From positions 1,217-65,216 of the IMG/VR virus record IMGVR_UViG_3300037418_004154: DNA of 64,000 nucleotides; one strand, given 5' to 3'. The stretch's first letter is position 1. Each line of letters opens with the position of its first letter. Below, piece by piece: positions 45,188-54,416 of this stretch. Both the position numbers and the translations under genes were made by a program. This stretch comes from a virus (Duplodnaviria > Caudoviricetes). The notes under the pieces are model-generated. The model had not been told where the DNA came from and did not search any database. It saw nothing but the letters and a program-made list of their open reading frames with translations.

Positions 45188-46236
45188 TGGACCAGATCGT
45201 TACGGACCGGTACGCGCTCTACCACGGGGACTGCGTCGAGGTCCTCCGCGGCCTCCCGGCCGGGTCGGTCGGCCTGGAGATCTTCTCGCCGCCGTTCGGC
45301 GGGCTGTACCAGTACAGCAGCGACGAGCGGGACCTGTCGAACTGCATCGGGCGGGACGAGTTCCTCGAGCACTACGGGTACTGCGTCGACGAGTTGCACC
45401 GGGTGCTCATGCCCGGCCGGGTTTGTGCCGTCCACTGCATGGACATCCCGCTGAGCAACGCCGGGTGCGACGACATGTTCGACCTGCCCGGCGAGATCAT
45501 CCGCGTCCACGAGGCCCGCGGGTTCGCCTACGGCGGCCGGCGGGTGATCTGGAAAGAGCCGCTCGCGGTACGCAACCGGACGATGATGAAGTCCCTCCAC
45601 CACTCGACACTCTGCGAGGACTCGACCCGCACCAGCATCGCCAACGCGGACTTCCTCCTGATGTTCCGCCGCCGCGGGGAGAACCGGGTGCCGGTGGCCC
45701 ACCCGACGGGCCTCCTCGAGTACGCCGGGGACTGGACGGTGCCCGGCTCGATCGTCCACCTCCGCGGGTTCGAGGGCGACCAGAAGTCGAACACGTTTTC
45801 GCAATGGATCTGGCGGCAGTACGCCTCGTCGGTGTGGATGGACGTCCGGGTCGACCGCGTGCTGCCGTACCAGGCGAAGGACGAGGCGGACGAAAAGCAC
45901 GTCCACCCGCTCCAGCTCGACGTGATCGAGCGGGCGGTCGTCATGTGGTCAAACCCCGGCGAGGTCGTCCTCACGCCGTTCATGGGAGTGGGGAGCGAGG
46001 TCTACGGGGCGGTGATCAACGGGCGGAAGGGGATCGGAGTCGAACTGAAACCGGCCTACTACCGCCAGGCCGTCCGGAACCTGGACGCGGTGGGCGAGGC
46101 GGTTGGACCGGAACCCGAGGTGGTTGCGGCCGAAACCCCGTCCCTCTTCGGCGATCTACCCCAGGGCCCCGAGCCAGAACCAGCCCCGCCACCCAAACCG
46201 GTCAAGCGGGCTGCCCGCCAGCGGAAAGGAGCCTGA
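45178..46236 (+). CDS. DNA N4-cytosine/N6-adenine methyltransferase
   Basis: YHGDCVEVL, FSPPF, HVHPLQLDVIER, VLTPFMGVGSE. Confidence 0.9.
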   Translation: MAVMDQIVTDRYALYHGDCVEVLRGLPAGSVGLEIFSPPFGGLYQYSSDERDLSNCIGRDEFLEHYGYCVDELHRVLMPGRVCAVHCMDIPLSNAGCDDMFDLPGEIIRVHEARGFAYGGRRVIWKEPLAVRNRTMMKSLHHSTLCEDSTRTSIANADFLLMFRRRGENRVPVAHPTGLLEYAGDWTVPGSIVHLRGFEGDQKSNTFSQWIWRQYASSVWMDVRVDRVLPYQAKDEADEKHVHPLQLDVIERAVVMWSNPGEVVLTPFMGVGSEVYGAVINGRKGIGVELKPAYYRQAVRNLDAVGEAVGPEPEVVAAETPSLFGDLPQGPEPEPAPPPKPVKRAARQRKGA

Positions 46237-46238
46237 CC

Positions 46239-48869
46239 GTGGCGAAAACCAAGACCGCCCCCGCGGCCGACCGGACAACCGCCGAGCCCGCCCCGGCCGA
46301 GGTGCGGGCGCCCGCACCTCCGGACCTGCCGGCCGACTTCTCGAACCGCGGCGACGTCGTGCTCGCGCTGCTCCGGCCGAGCCCGACCAACCCGCGGAAG
46401 ACGTTCCCGGAAGAATCGCTCCGGGGGCTGGCGAACACGATCGCCGAGCACGGGGTGCTGAACCCGCTCCTCGTCCGCCCGCGCGGCACCCCCGGCGGCA
46501 ATCCGGTCACCTTCCGCGGCGGGACCTGGCACCACCTGGACCACTTCGAGGTGGTCGACGGCGAGCGCCGGCTGCGGGCGGTCCGGGACGTCCTCCAGCA
46601 AGACGGGCCGCTCCCGGTCACCGTTCGCAACCTGACCGATCGCCAGGTGCTGGTGATCCAGACGGTCGCGAACGACCAGCGGGAGGACGTCCGGCCCTCC
46701 GAGCAAGCGGCCGCGTACGCCCGGCTGGTCGCGGCCGGAATGACCGTCGACGAGGTCGCGACGGTCACCGGCAAGAGCGCGACGTTCGTCCGGGGCCTCA
46801 TCGACCTGGCGCGGCTCCCGGCCTGGGCTCTTGCCGCCGTGGACGACGGGCTCTTCCCGCGGACCACGGCGGCGCGGATCGCCCGGCTGGGCGAACGATC
46901 CCGGGAGCAGGCGGCGGCACGGGCGATCACCGGCCAGGTCCCGCCGGTCGGGTCGGACGTCGCGAAGTGGGTCGCGAAGGTGGTCAAGGACGGAACCGCC
47001 GAGCCGATGGCCTCCCGCCAGATCCGGAAGATGCTCCAGTCCGAGTTCACCCGAGAGCTCAAGACGGCCGCGTTCTTCCGCAAGGGCCTCGATCTGCTCC
47101 CCGAGTTCCGGGCGTGTGGGCCCTGCCCCGATCGGGCCGGGAACGACCCGGAAGCCCAGGCTGACGGCGTCCGAGAGGATATGTGCCTCAACCCGGACTG
47201 CTTCCGCCAAAAAGTCGAGGCGTTCAAGGCTGCGGAGGTTGCGAAGGCGGCCGCCGAGGGCATCGAACCGGCCCCGGAGGAGGTCAACGGCCACGGGCAC
47301 CCACCGCCGAAGGGCTGGTGTGATCTGGAAGCGAAGTTGTGGCAAACGGAGCTGAACAAGGACGGGGCGGGCTCGTGCGAGAAGAGCGAGGGGAGGCTCG
47401 GGACGGTGCTGGGCAAGAAGCATTGCCCCCAGAAGTACCTAGCGTTCGACCAGAACGATAGGCCCCGGACGCTGGTCAAGACCGCGGAGGCCCGAAAGAC
47501 CCTTCAGGATATCGGTGTCCTGAAGAAGCCGGAAAAGGCCAAGCCGGTCGATAAGCCGGCCGCGAAGAGTGCGGGCGCCCGCACTCTCCCGATCGCCGAC
47601 CGCTACGGAGCCCGCGTCCAACGGGCGGCTTTCATCGCGGCCAACATCCTGGCCGAGTATGGCGAGGAGCAATTCGCGGCCCTGACCCCCCTGGACGACG
47701 CCGAAGAAGGCGGCCCGATCCTCGACGCCCTCCGGCTGGTGGCCCGCGTCCGCGCCTACGGGGCACTGGTCAGCGGCGACCGGATCAGCGCGACCAAGGA
47801 CGTCCTCAAGGCTCGCTTCCCGGGCATCAAGGCCCAGGTCGGCAGTCACATCGAGGACGAGAAGATCATCGACGGCATTCTGTCCCTCTGGAACGCTCCG
47901 AAGCTGCTGGCCTTCCTCCTGCAGCTCGCGACCACCGAGGAGGTCGAACAGGACGGCCCGCGTCGGCGGACCGCGGAAGACCTGCTTGCCTGGGCCGAGC
48001 TCGACTGGGCCCAGCTGACCGAGCAGGCCCGGCGGGAGCTGGCCGGCGGGGAGACCGCGGACGAGAAGATCGAGCGGGCCGAGCGGGAGATGGCCGAGTC
48101 CACGACTGAGGCGACGGCCCCCGATCCCGAGGCAAAGCCGGCTGCGGCTGAGACGATCGAGCCCGCTGCGCCATCCGCCCCGCTCGTTCAGGACATGCTC
48201 CTGGCCGGTCTCCCCAACTTCCCCGACCAGGTGCTCGACGCCCTCGAAGCGAAGGGCGTCCGGGGCGTGTGCCAGCTCCGCGACCTGGCCGACCTGAACG
48301 GCTCCGACCGCCCTCCGCGTGAAGTGCTCGCCGCGTGGCTGCGGCGGCTACCCGGGGTGAAGGCCGGGCCGGCGGACGACGCGGCGGCCGCGGTGGTGGC
48401 GTACCTCCAGGCGGCCGAGCCGACGGCACCCGAGGAGCCGGCCCCGACCAAGGGCGAGCCGATCGACGCCCTCGGCGTCACCTCCGACCAGCTGAACGAC
48501 GCGTACGCCGCGGCGAAGCTCGCCCAGGGGAAGACCGGCACGCTCGCCCGGGTCCCGCACGTCGAAATCAACGGCCGACCTCACATCGTCCTGGCGTGTC
48601 TCGAAGGGTACCCGGAGAAGACCCTCAGCTGGGAGGTCCGGCCGCTCCACGAGCCCGGGCTGTTTGCCCACAAGCACCTCGGTGTCCGGCTTCGAACGGC
48701 ACCGGGCTCGGGCGAGGCCGACCTGTACGCCGGCGTGCGGGTCGAGGCCCGGGTCGGCCGGGGGGTCGATCCGCTCTGGCAGGAGCTGGTGATCGGGCCG
48801 AAGGGCGAGCAACGGCGGCTGATCCAGGTCCCGGCGAAGGCTCCCAAAGGGAAGAAGGTGAAGGCGTGA
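46239..48869 (+). CDS. Large ParB/Spo0J-N domain protein (876 aa)
   Basis: LLRPSPTNPRKTF...LANTIAEHGVLNPLLVRP, VVDGERRLRA, NDQREDV, followed by an HTH and long C-terminal domains. Confidence 0.85.
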   Translation: MAKTKTAPAADRTTAEPAPAEVRAPAPPDLPADFSNRGDVVLALLRPSPTNPRKTFPEESLRGLANTIAEHGVLNPLLVRPRGTPGGNPVTFRGGTWHHLDHFEVVDGERRLRAVRDVLQQDGPLPVTVRNLTDRQVLVIQTVANDQREDVRPSEQAAAYARLVAAGMTVDEVATVTGKSATFVRGLIDLARLPAWALAAVDDGLFPRTTAARIARLGERSREQAAARAITGQVPPVGSDVAKWVAKVVKDGTAEPMASRQIRKMLQSEFTRELKTAAFFRKGLDLLPEFRACGPCPDRAGNDPEAQADGVREDMCLNPDCFRQKVEAFKAAEVAKAAAEGIEPAPEEVNGHGHPPPKGWCDLEAKLWQTELNKDGAGSCEKSEGRLGTVLGKKHCPQKYLAFDQNDRPRTLVKTAEARKTLQDIGVLKKPEKAKPVDKPAAKSAGARTLPIADRYGARVQRAAFIAANILAEYGEEQFAALTPLDDAEEGGPILDALRLVARVRAYGALVSGDRISATKDVLKARFPGIKAQVGSHIEDEKIIDGILSLWNAPKLLAFLLQLATTEEVEQDGPRRRTAEDLLAWAELDWAQLTEQARRELAGGETADEKIERAEREMAESTTEATAPDPEAKPAAAETIEPAAPSAPLVQDMLLAGLPNFPDQVLDALEAKGVRGVCQLRDLADLNGSDRPPREVLAAWLRRLPGVKAGPADDAAAAVVAYLQAAEPTAPEEPAPTKGEPIDALGVTSDQLNDAYAAAKLAQGKTGTLARVPHVEINGRPHIVLACLEGYPEKTLSWEVRPLHEPGLFAHKHLGVRLRTAPGSGEADLYAGVRVEARVGRGVDPLWQELVIGPKGEQRRLIQVPAKAPKGKKVKA

Positions 48870-49288
48870 AGACCGCCCGCGAGATCGTGATCGACAGCTT
48901 CGCCGGCGGCGGCGGGGCCTCCCGCGGGATCGCCCGGGCACTCGGCCGCGGGCCGGATCTGGCCGTGAACCACGACCCGGCCGCGATCGCCATGCACCGG
49001 GCGAACCACCCGGAGACCGCCCACTGCACCGAGGACGTGTGGGCCCTCGATCCCCGCGCGGCGACCAGGGGCCGTCCGGTCGGACTGCTCTGGGCCTCGC
49101 CCGACTGCAAGCACTTCAGCCGGGCGAAGGGGTCGAAGCCGGTCAGCAAGAACATCCGGTCACTGGCCTGGGTCGTGGTCCGCTGGGCGGCCGAGGCGCG
49201 GCGGGCGGTGATGCATCCGGCAGACGCCCGGTGGGAGGGCGACCCGCGGCCGGTGGAGTGGATGAAAGGACAGGGAGGGGCGGCATGA
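48866..49288 (+). pseudogene. Truncated C5-cytosine DNA methyltransferase (N-terminal part only)
   Basis: IDSFAGGGG (motif I) and WASPDCKHFS (motif IV) are present. The ORF ends before the ENV motif and the next gene starts immediately. Confidence 0.75.
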
Positions 49289-49794
49289 AGACGTCGTCTT
49301 ACACCGAGTCGTCGGCCCTGGTCAGCCCGTGCGGGACCTACCGCTATTACCTGACCCGGGAGTGGGACCGCCACCGCCCGTGCTGTATGTGGGTGATGCT
49401 CAACCCGAGCACGGCCGACGCCCGGCAAGACGACCCGACCATCCGGAGGTGCGTCGGGTTCGCCCAAGGCTGGGGGTACGGGTCGATCGTGGTTTGCAAC
49501 CTGTTCGCCTTCAGGGCAACTGACCCGCGCGAGCTGGCGAACGCGGCCGACCCCGTTGGGCCGGATAACGACGCGTGCCTTCAGGGCCAGATCGCCGAAG
49601 CATCTCGCGTGATTTGCGGCTGGGGCGTGCTGGCCAAGAAGTGGGTGCCGCGGGCCGACCACGTGCTCGGGCTGATCCGGGCGGCGGGGTACATGCCCTA
49701 CTGCGTCAAGAGGACCCGGGCCGGATTCCCAAGCCACCCGCTCTACCTCCCCCAGGACTTGAAGTCAGTCGCTTACAGAGGCATCCCCCAGTGA
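49285..49794 (+). CDS. DUF1643 family protein
   Basis: SPCGTYRYYLTREW, MLNPSTAD..DDPTIRRC, NLFAFRATDP, HPLYLP. Confidence 0.9.
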   Translation: MKTSSYTESSALVSPCGTYRYYLTREWDRHRPCCMWVMLNPSTADARQDDPTIRRCVGFAQGWGYGSIVVCNLFAFRATDPRELANAADPVGPDNDACLQGQIAEASRVICGWGVLAKKWVPRADHVLGLIRAAGYMPYCVKRTRAGFPSHPLYLPQDLKSVAYRGIPQ

Positions 49795-50219
49795 CCGACG
49801 CCGATCTCATCGCCTGGGCCGACGCCCACGCCCCGGTCGGATCGACCCTCGCGGTGGCGGTCCGGCGGGTCCTGGAAGAGCGGGACGCGGCCCGGGCGGT
49901 GGTTCTGGGGCTGGCTGAGCGGGTGTACGTGCAGTGCGCGTTGTTGACGAAACGAGCCGAACGAAAGGAGATCGTTGTGAGCGCGACCGACGGTAAGTAC
50001 GGCGAGATCACTAGCACCGGGAAGCAGTTCCACCCGGGCGAACCGATCTTCATCCTGCGGGCGACCGACGCCCTCGCCCCGCACCTGATCCGCGACTACG
50101 CGGTGCGGTGCGAGCTGGCCGGGTGCGACGAGGCCCACGTCGCGGCGGCGCTGTCGCACGCCGAGCGGATCGCGGAGTGGCAGCAGGAGCATCCGGAGTT
50201 GGTGAAGAAGCCGGACTGA
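49791..50219 (+). CDS. Hypothetical protein, possibly two in-frame products
   Basis: Internal AAGGAG RBS before GTG at about 49977. C-terminal part EPIFILRATDALAP. Confidence 0.55.
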   Translation: MTDADLIAWADAHAPVGSTLAVAVRRVLEERDAARAVVLGLAERVYVQCALLTKRAERKEIVVSATDGKYGEITSTGKQFHPGEPIFILRATDALAPHLIRDYAVRCELAGCDEAHVAAALSHAERIAEWQQEHPELVKKPD

Positions 50220-50376
50220 CGCGACGCAGGAGGCGACCGGCCCGCGAGTCACTGCTGGCTCGTTCGAGGTAATCCGGGTCCGAGTCGCGAACCGGCCTAC
50301 CCCTCGGGAAAGACGAGAGCGGAACGATACCACGGGTCGAGTTGCCGCCCAGCGAACCGTACGAAAGGAGCATGTT

Positions 50377-51057
50377 GTGAGCACGGGGCCCGAAGTCGCC
50401 AAACCCGACGCCCTGCTGACGCTTCCGGAGGCGAGCGTCCGAACCGGGATCGGCCTGGACCGGATTCGCAAGTCCGTCAAACAAAAACCGGAAGTGGCGG
50501 CCCTACTTGTCCGACACGGGCCGTTGCGGCTCATCCGGATCTCGGACCTCGGGCGATTTCGAGCCCTCATCGCGGGCGAAGCTCAACCCGAGCCCGAACA
50601 ATCCGCACCGGCCGCGAAAAGCCCATCAGTCGAGACGATCGCCCACAACGAGGCGAAGGTCCGGCTCGCCAAGGATCTCCTCGAAAGAGCTGGTGTATCA
50701 GAAGAGTCGATCGCCTACGTGGAGAGGTCCGAATCGTTCGGACCGGCCCTCATGGTGGCGGCAGACATAATCACGGGTATTCCCCTCCACGAAAAGAAAT
50801 GGTTCCAAGATTACAACCTGTTCTGGGTCGGACCACAGATCGTCCCCGCCCCGAAACCAGTTGAGAAGGGGCGGATGACGGTGGCTCAGGCGAACACCGC
50901 GGCGATGGAGTTGGCGACCCGCCTCGGGGAAGCATTCTTTCACTACTCGGAGCGTCGCCAGGCTATCGAAATTGGCTGCTCCTGGCAGACTTGGGCGAGG
51001 ACAACCTTTTACAAGACGGCGACTGCCAAGAGAATCGGGCCCAAGTCTCGGCGTTAG
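50377..51057 (+). CDS. HTH-containing protein (226 aa), lower GC
   Basis: AAAGGAG RBS; N-terminal LLTLPEASVRTGIGLDRIRKSV is HTH-like. Followed by a hairpin at about 51090-51112. Confidence 0.6.
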   Translation: MSTGPEVAKPDALLTLPEASVRTGIGLDRIRKSVKQKPEVAALLVRHGPLRLIRISDLGRFRALIAGEAQPEPEQSAPAAKSPSVETIAHNEAKVRLAKDLLERAGVSEESIAYVERSESFGPALMVAADIITGIPLHEKKWFQDYNLFWVGPQIVPAPKPVEKGRMTVAQANTAAMELATRLGEAFFHYSERRQAIEIGCSWQTWARTTFYKTATAKRIGPKSRR

Positions 51058-51321
51058 CAGTGCGAAGCTCACATCCCGAACCACCTCGCTAGCCGGCCCC
51101 GATGGGCCGGCTACTTCCCGTTTCACACCCGTCGTCGGGCGGATCTGTCGCGGAACTGCTTTCGGACAAGGAAGCTCTATATCCCTAACACTCTCTCTAT
51201 ATCTATCTAGATATAGGTAGGTATAAGTATCATTATCCCCTTATAGGCTGATGCCAGTCGCGACCCGCTCCTCTCCCCCGCCAATAACCAACACTCGCCA
51301 GAATAATAGTCTAATTCCCGC

Positions 51322-51873
51322 CTAATTATTCAGCCGCTGGGGCCGGCAGACCACCCCGACCAGCCACTGGCCCGGGCTGGCCCATAGGTGGACCTGCCGC
51401 CGCGGGTCGGGTGCGAGGGCGACCCGGGCCGAGATCTCCGCGTGGGCGGCTTCTGGTGATGAATACGGGCCCACCGTGACCTCGATGTTCCGCCGACGGA
51501 CTCGGGCCCCGTACCCCCCTTCGGGGAGGCGGAACACCCAGCGGGGGAGGACCCCGGGGGGGATGATCCCGCGGTCCTGGAGCTGCCGGATCACGGACCA
51601 CGGATCTCGGCCGGGCTGGTACGCCCGGACGAACTCCTTCGCGGCCCGGCCGGCGGCCCACTCGGCGGCTTCGGCGCTCCCCCAGGTGGCGGTGCAGAAG
51701 GTGCCGAGGTTCAGGGCGTCGGCCTTCGTGGGGCCGATCGGGATACGGGCCTGGTAGCAGCCGATCCCGGACACCCGCCGGACGTACCGGTACCGGGACG
51801 GATGTCGGCGCTCCCGGCGGCGCGGCTCCCGGCGGCACGATTGCTGCTTGAGGATGGGTGTGGCGACTGGCAT
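51322..51873 (-). CDS. Protein with tandem AP2-like DNA-binding modules
   Basis: SRYRYVRR...YQARI...NLGTF...AEAAEWAA, then YGARVRRR..VGPYSSPEAAH. Confidence 0.55.
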   Translation of the reverse strand: MPVATPILKQQSCRREPRRRERRHPSRYRYVRRVSGIGCYQARIPIGPTKADALNLGTFCTATWGSAEAAEWAAGRAAKEFVRAYQPGRDPWSVIRQLQDRGIIPPGVLPRWVFRLPEGGYGARVRRRNIEVTVGPYSSPEAAHAEISARVALAPDPRRQVHLWASPGQWLVGVVCRPQRLNN

Positions 51874-51985
51874 CCGCGCGGCTCCGAGGGTATGATGCAC
51901 CCAAGGAACCGGCGGAGCCGGCAGGCGAACGTGAGGATTCGGGGCCCGGGGGATCGCTACTCCCCCGGGCCTCTCACGTTGAGGA

Positions 51986-52076
51986 AGGATACACCCCGGC
52001 CCTGCCTGCCGGGCACTCGGTTGCTCACTTCGGACGGGGCTTGCTCACCCGGGCAGGCAACAGGACCGGTCAAACT
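51986..52076. promoter_or_regulatory. Second divergent pair of GGCAGGCA-N11 promoters with a TTGCTCAC direct repeat between them
   Basis: Minus strand: 52010-52003 + N11 + TATCCT. Plus strand: 52052-52059 + N11 + CAAACT, 6 nt before GTG 52083. TTGCTCAC at 52021 and 52041. Confidence 0.75.
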
Positions 52077-52082
52077 GGCGGT

Positions 52083-52652
52083 GTGGCCGACGACCTGCCA
52101 GTCCCGAGCGTGCGCGAGATCCGGTTCTGTCAGCATTTTGCGGACTCGGACAACGCCTACCGTTCGTACCTCGCGGCCGGGTTCGAGCCGTCCGAGACCG
52201 ACGAGGCGACCCGCAAGGCCGCGTCCTACCTTCTCACAAAACCTCACATTTCAGCCCTGGTCGACCGCATCCGGCGGGAGGCCCTCGACGCCGCCCAGGT
52301 GACCCACAATCGGGTTATTCAGGGGCTGGCGAGAATCGCATTCGCTGACCGCACGGAGATGTTCGACGAGAAGGGCCGGGTCCGGCCGGTGAGGGAGTGG
52401 CCGGAGGATGTGAAGCACACGATCGAAGGCGAGATCGAGGTGGAGGAGCTGTTCGAAACCACATCCAAGAAGGGCGAGCCGAAGCGGAAGGAACTGAAGG
52501 GGTACGCCCGGAAGATCAAGACCGCCCGCCGGACCGAGGCCCTGAAGATCCTCGCGCAGTGCCTGCGGATGATCGGGTCGGGGGTGGAGCCGGCGAAGGA
52601 CGAGCACAAGCCCCTCGTCGTCGCCGGCGAGGCCGACCCCGGGGGGCTGTGA
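52083..52652 (+). CDS. terS: Terminase small subunit
   Basis: EIRFCQHF..NAYRSYLAAGF...AASYLLTKPHISALV...RVIQGLARIAFAD; directly upstream of terL. Confidence 0.85.
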   Translation: MADDLPVPSVREIRFCQHFADSDNAYRSYLAAGFEPSETDEATRKAASYLLTKPHISALVDRIRREALDAAQVTHNRVIQGLARIAFADRTEMFDEKGRVRPVREWPEDVKHTIEGEIEVEELFETTSKKGEPKRKELKGYARKIKTARRTEALKILAQCLRMIGSGVEPAKDEHKPLVVAGEADPGGL

Positions 52653-52653
52653 A

Positions 52654-54015
52654 ATGCCCCGACTCGCGTTCTACGGGGCCAACGCCCAGGCCTACAACTC
52701 TCGGGAACCCGAGATCCTGCTCGCCGGGCCGGCCGGGACGGGCAAGAGCGTCGCCTACCTGGCCAAGTGCCTGACCCTGCTCGACAAGTACCCGGGGACA
52801 CGCGGGTTGTTCTGCCGCGGCACCCGCGCGTCGCTCACCCAGTCCGGGCTCGTCACCTGGGAGCGAGACGTCCTCGGGTTCAGTCACCCGGTGCTCGTCA
52901 AGAATCCCATCAAACGCCGGGTCCGGCAGAGCTACGAGTTCCCGAATCAGTCCGAGTTGGTGGTCGCAGGCCTCGACGACCCGGGTAAGGCACTCTCCAC
53001 CGATTACGATTTCATCTACATCATGGAGGCGACCGAGGAGGGTGTCGACCTCGACGTGTACGAGACCCTCACCGGCCGGCTGCGGACCGGGGCGATGCCC
53101 TGGCAGCAGGTCATGATGGACTGCAACCCGACCACCCCGGCCCACTGGCTGCACAAGCGGTACAAGGCCGGCAAGCTCACCCTGTACAGCTCGACTCACA
53201 AGGACAACCCGCGGTACTGGGACCGAGCCCGGCGGGAGTGGACGCCGGCCGGGCTGGCGTACGTCCGCGGCCGGCTGGAGCGGCTGACCGGGACCCGCCG
53301 CAAGAGGTTCCTGGAAGGGGTCTGGGCGATGGCCGAGGGGCTGATCTACGACGGGTTCAGTCCCGACGTCCACCTGCTCCCGGCCAGGTGGCGGCCGCCT
53401 GTCGGCTGGCCGGTGGTGTGGGGACTGGACTGGGGTTGGACCTCTCCGTCGGTCCTGGCATTCTGCGCCGTCGACCCCGACGGGCGGATGTACTTCTACC
53501 GTGAGTTGTACAAGCCCGGCGAGCGGGCGGCCGAGATGGCCCGGTGGGCGGCCGACGAGATCCAGGTCGGGAGGGAACCCGTCCCCACGGCCATCGTGTG
53601 CGACCACGACGAGAAGATGGCGGCCGAGTTCGAGGCGGCCCTCCCGCCCCAGTGCCCCCGGCTGGCGCTCGCGGACAAGAAAGACGAACTGGCCGGCATC
53701 CAGGCGATGCAGGGCCGGTTCGACCTGGCCGGCGACGGGCGGCCTCGCGTGTTCTTCGCCCCGGACGCCCTCGCTCACCGTCCGGATCAGGGACTGGCGG
53801 ACGCCGGCGAGCCGACGTGCGGGCTCGAGGAGATCGGGGCCTGGGCCTGGGACAAGACCCGGGTGACCGATACGCCTGAGAACCGCCGGAACCACTTCTG
53901 CGACCCGATGCGGTACATCATGCGGTGGGTTGACGCCAATCTTGTCCCGTACCTCGGTGAGAGCCGGTACAGCTACGACGACACCGCCGACGCGCTGCCC
54001 CCGCATTTGCGGTGA
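52654..54015 (+). CDS. terL: Terminase large subunit
   Basis: LLAGPAGTGKS, IYIMEATE, MDCNP, GLDWGWTSP, NHFCDPMRY. Confidence 0.9.
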   Translation: MPRLAFYGANAQAYNSREPEILLAGPAGTGKSVAYLAKCLTLLDKYPGTRGLFCRGTRASLTQSGLVTWERDVLGFSHPVLVKNPIKRRVRQSYEFPNQSELVVAGLDDPGKALSTDYDFIYIMEATEEGVDLDVYETLTGRLRTGAMPWQQVMMDCNPTTPAHWLHKRYKAGKLTLYSSTHKDNPRYWDRARREWTPAGLAYVRGRLERLTGTRRKRFLEGVWAMAEGLIYDGFSPDVHLLPARWRPPVGWPVVWGLDWGWTSPSVLAFCAVDPDGRMYFYRELYKPGERAAEMARWAADEIQVGREPVPTAIVCDHDEKMAAEFEAALPPQCPRLALADKKDELAGIQAMQGRFDLAGDGRPRVFFAPDALAHRPDQGLADAGEPTCGLEEIGAWAWDKTRVTDTPENRRNHFCDPMRYIMRWVDANLVPYLGESRYSYDDTADALPPHLR

Positions 54016-54051
54016 TGCCGGCAGGCAAGGCGGTCGACCACACTGCCCGTC

Positions 54052-54342
54052 ATGATCGCGTTCGACCTGACGCCGGAGACCCGCGCCCGCCTCCTCGCGG
54101 CCCTGCCTCCGGACTGGCAGGTCGGCTCGCTCCTCTCGGGGTCAGCACCCGTGGACGACCCGCAGTACGTGGCCCACCGGGCCCGCGACATCCTCCGGTA
54201 CCTCCAGGCATGCCGCCGGGACGCGCTCGTTGCCGGCCCGGGGTCGGAAGCCTGGGACCGGTGGCAGCGGGAGGCCGTCCGGCTCCTTCCCCAGGTCATG
54301 ACGCTCCTGGCCGAGGCGTGCGGGATCGACCTCCCGCGGTAG
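54052..54342 (+). CDS. Hypothetical protein (96 aa) with its own GGCAGGCA promoter
   Basis: GGCAGGCA(54020)-N11-CACACT-7 nt-ATG. Confidence 0.6.
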   Translation: MIAFDLTPETRARLLAALPPDWQVGSLLSGSAPVDDPQYVAHRARDILRYLQACRRDALVAGPGSEAWDRWQREAVRLLPQVMTLLAEACGIDLPR

Positions 54343-54416
54343 TGCGGGCGCCCGCACCCGGGCAGGCAATTCCCCGCGGCATCATGGCCCCGCACCCGCT
54401 GCGGAGGCCGCCGGCC

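Noticed and set aside
49791-50219. Anti-defence sponge protein (Acb2/Tad-like)
   Set aside because: No recognisable motif match to those families from memory; left as hypothetical.
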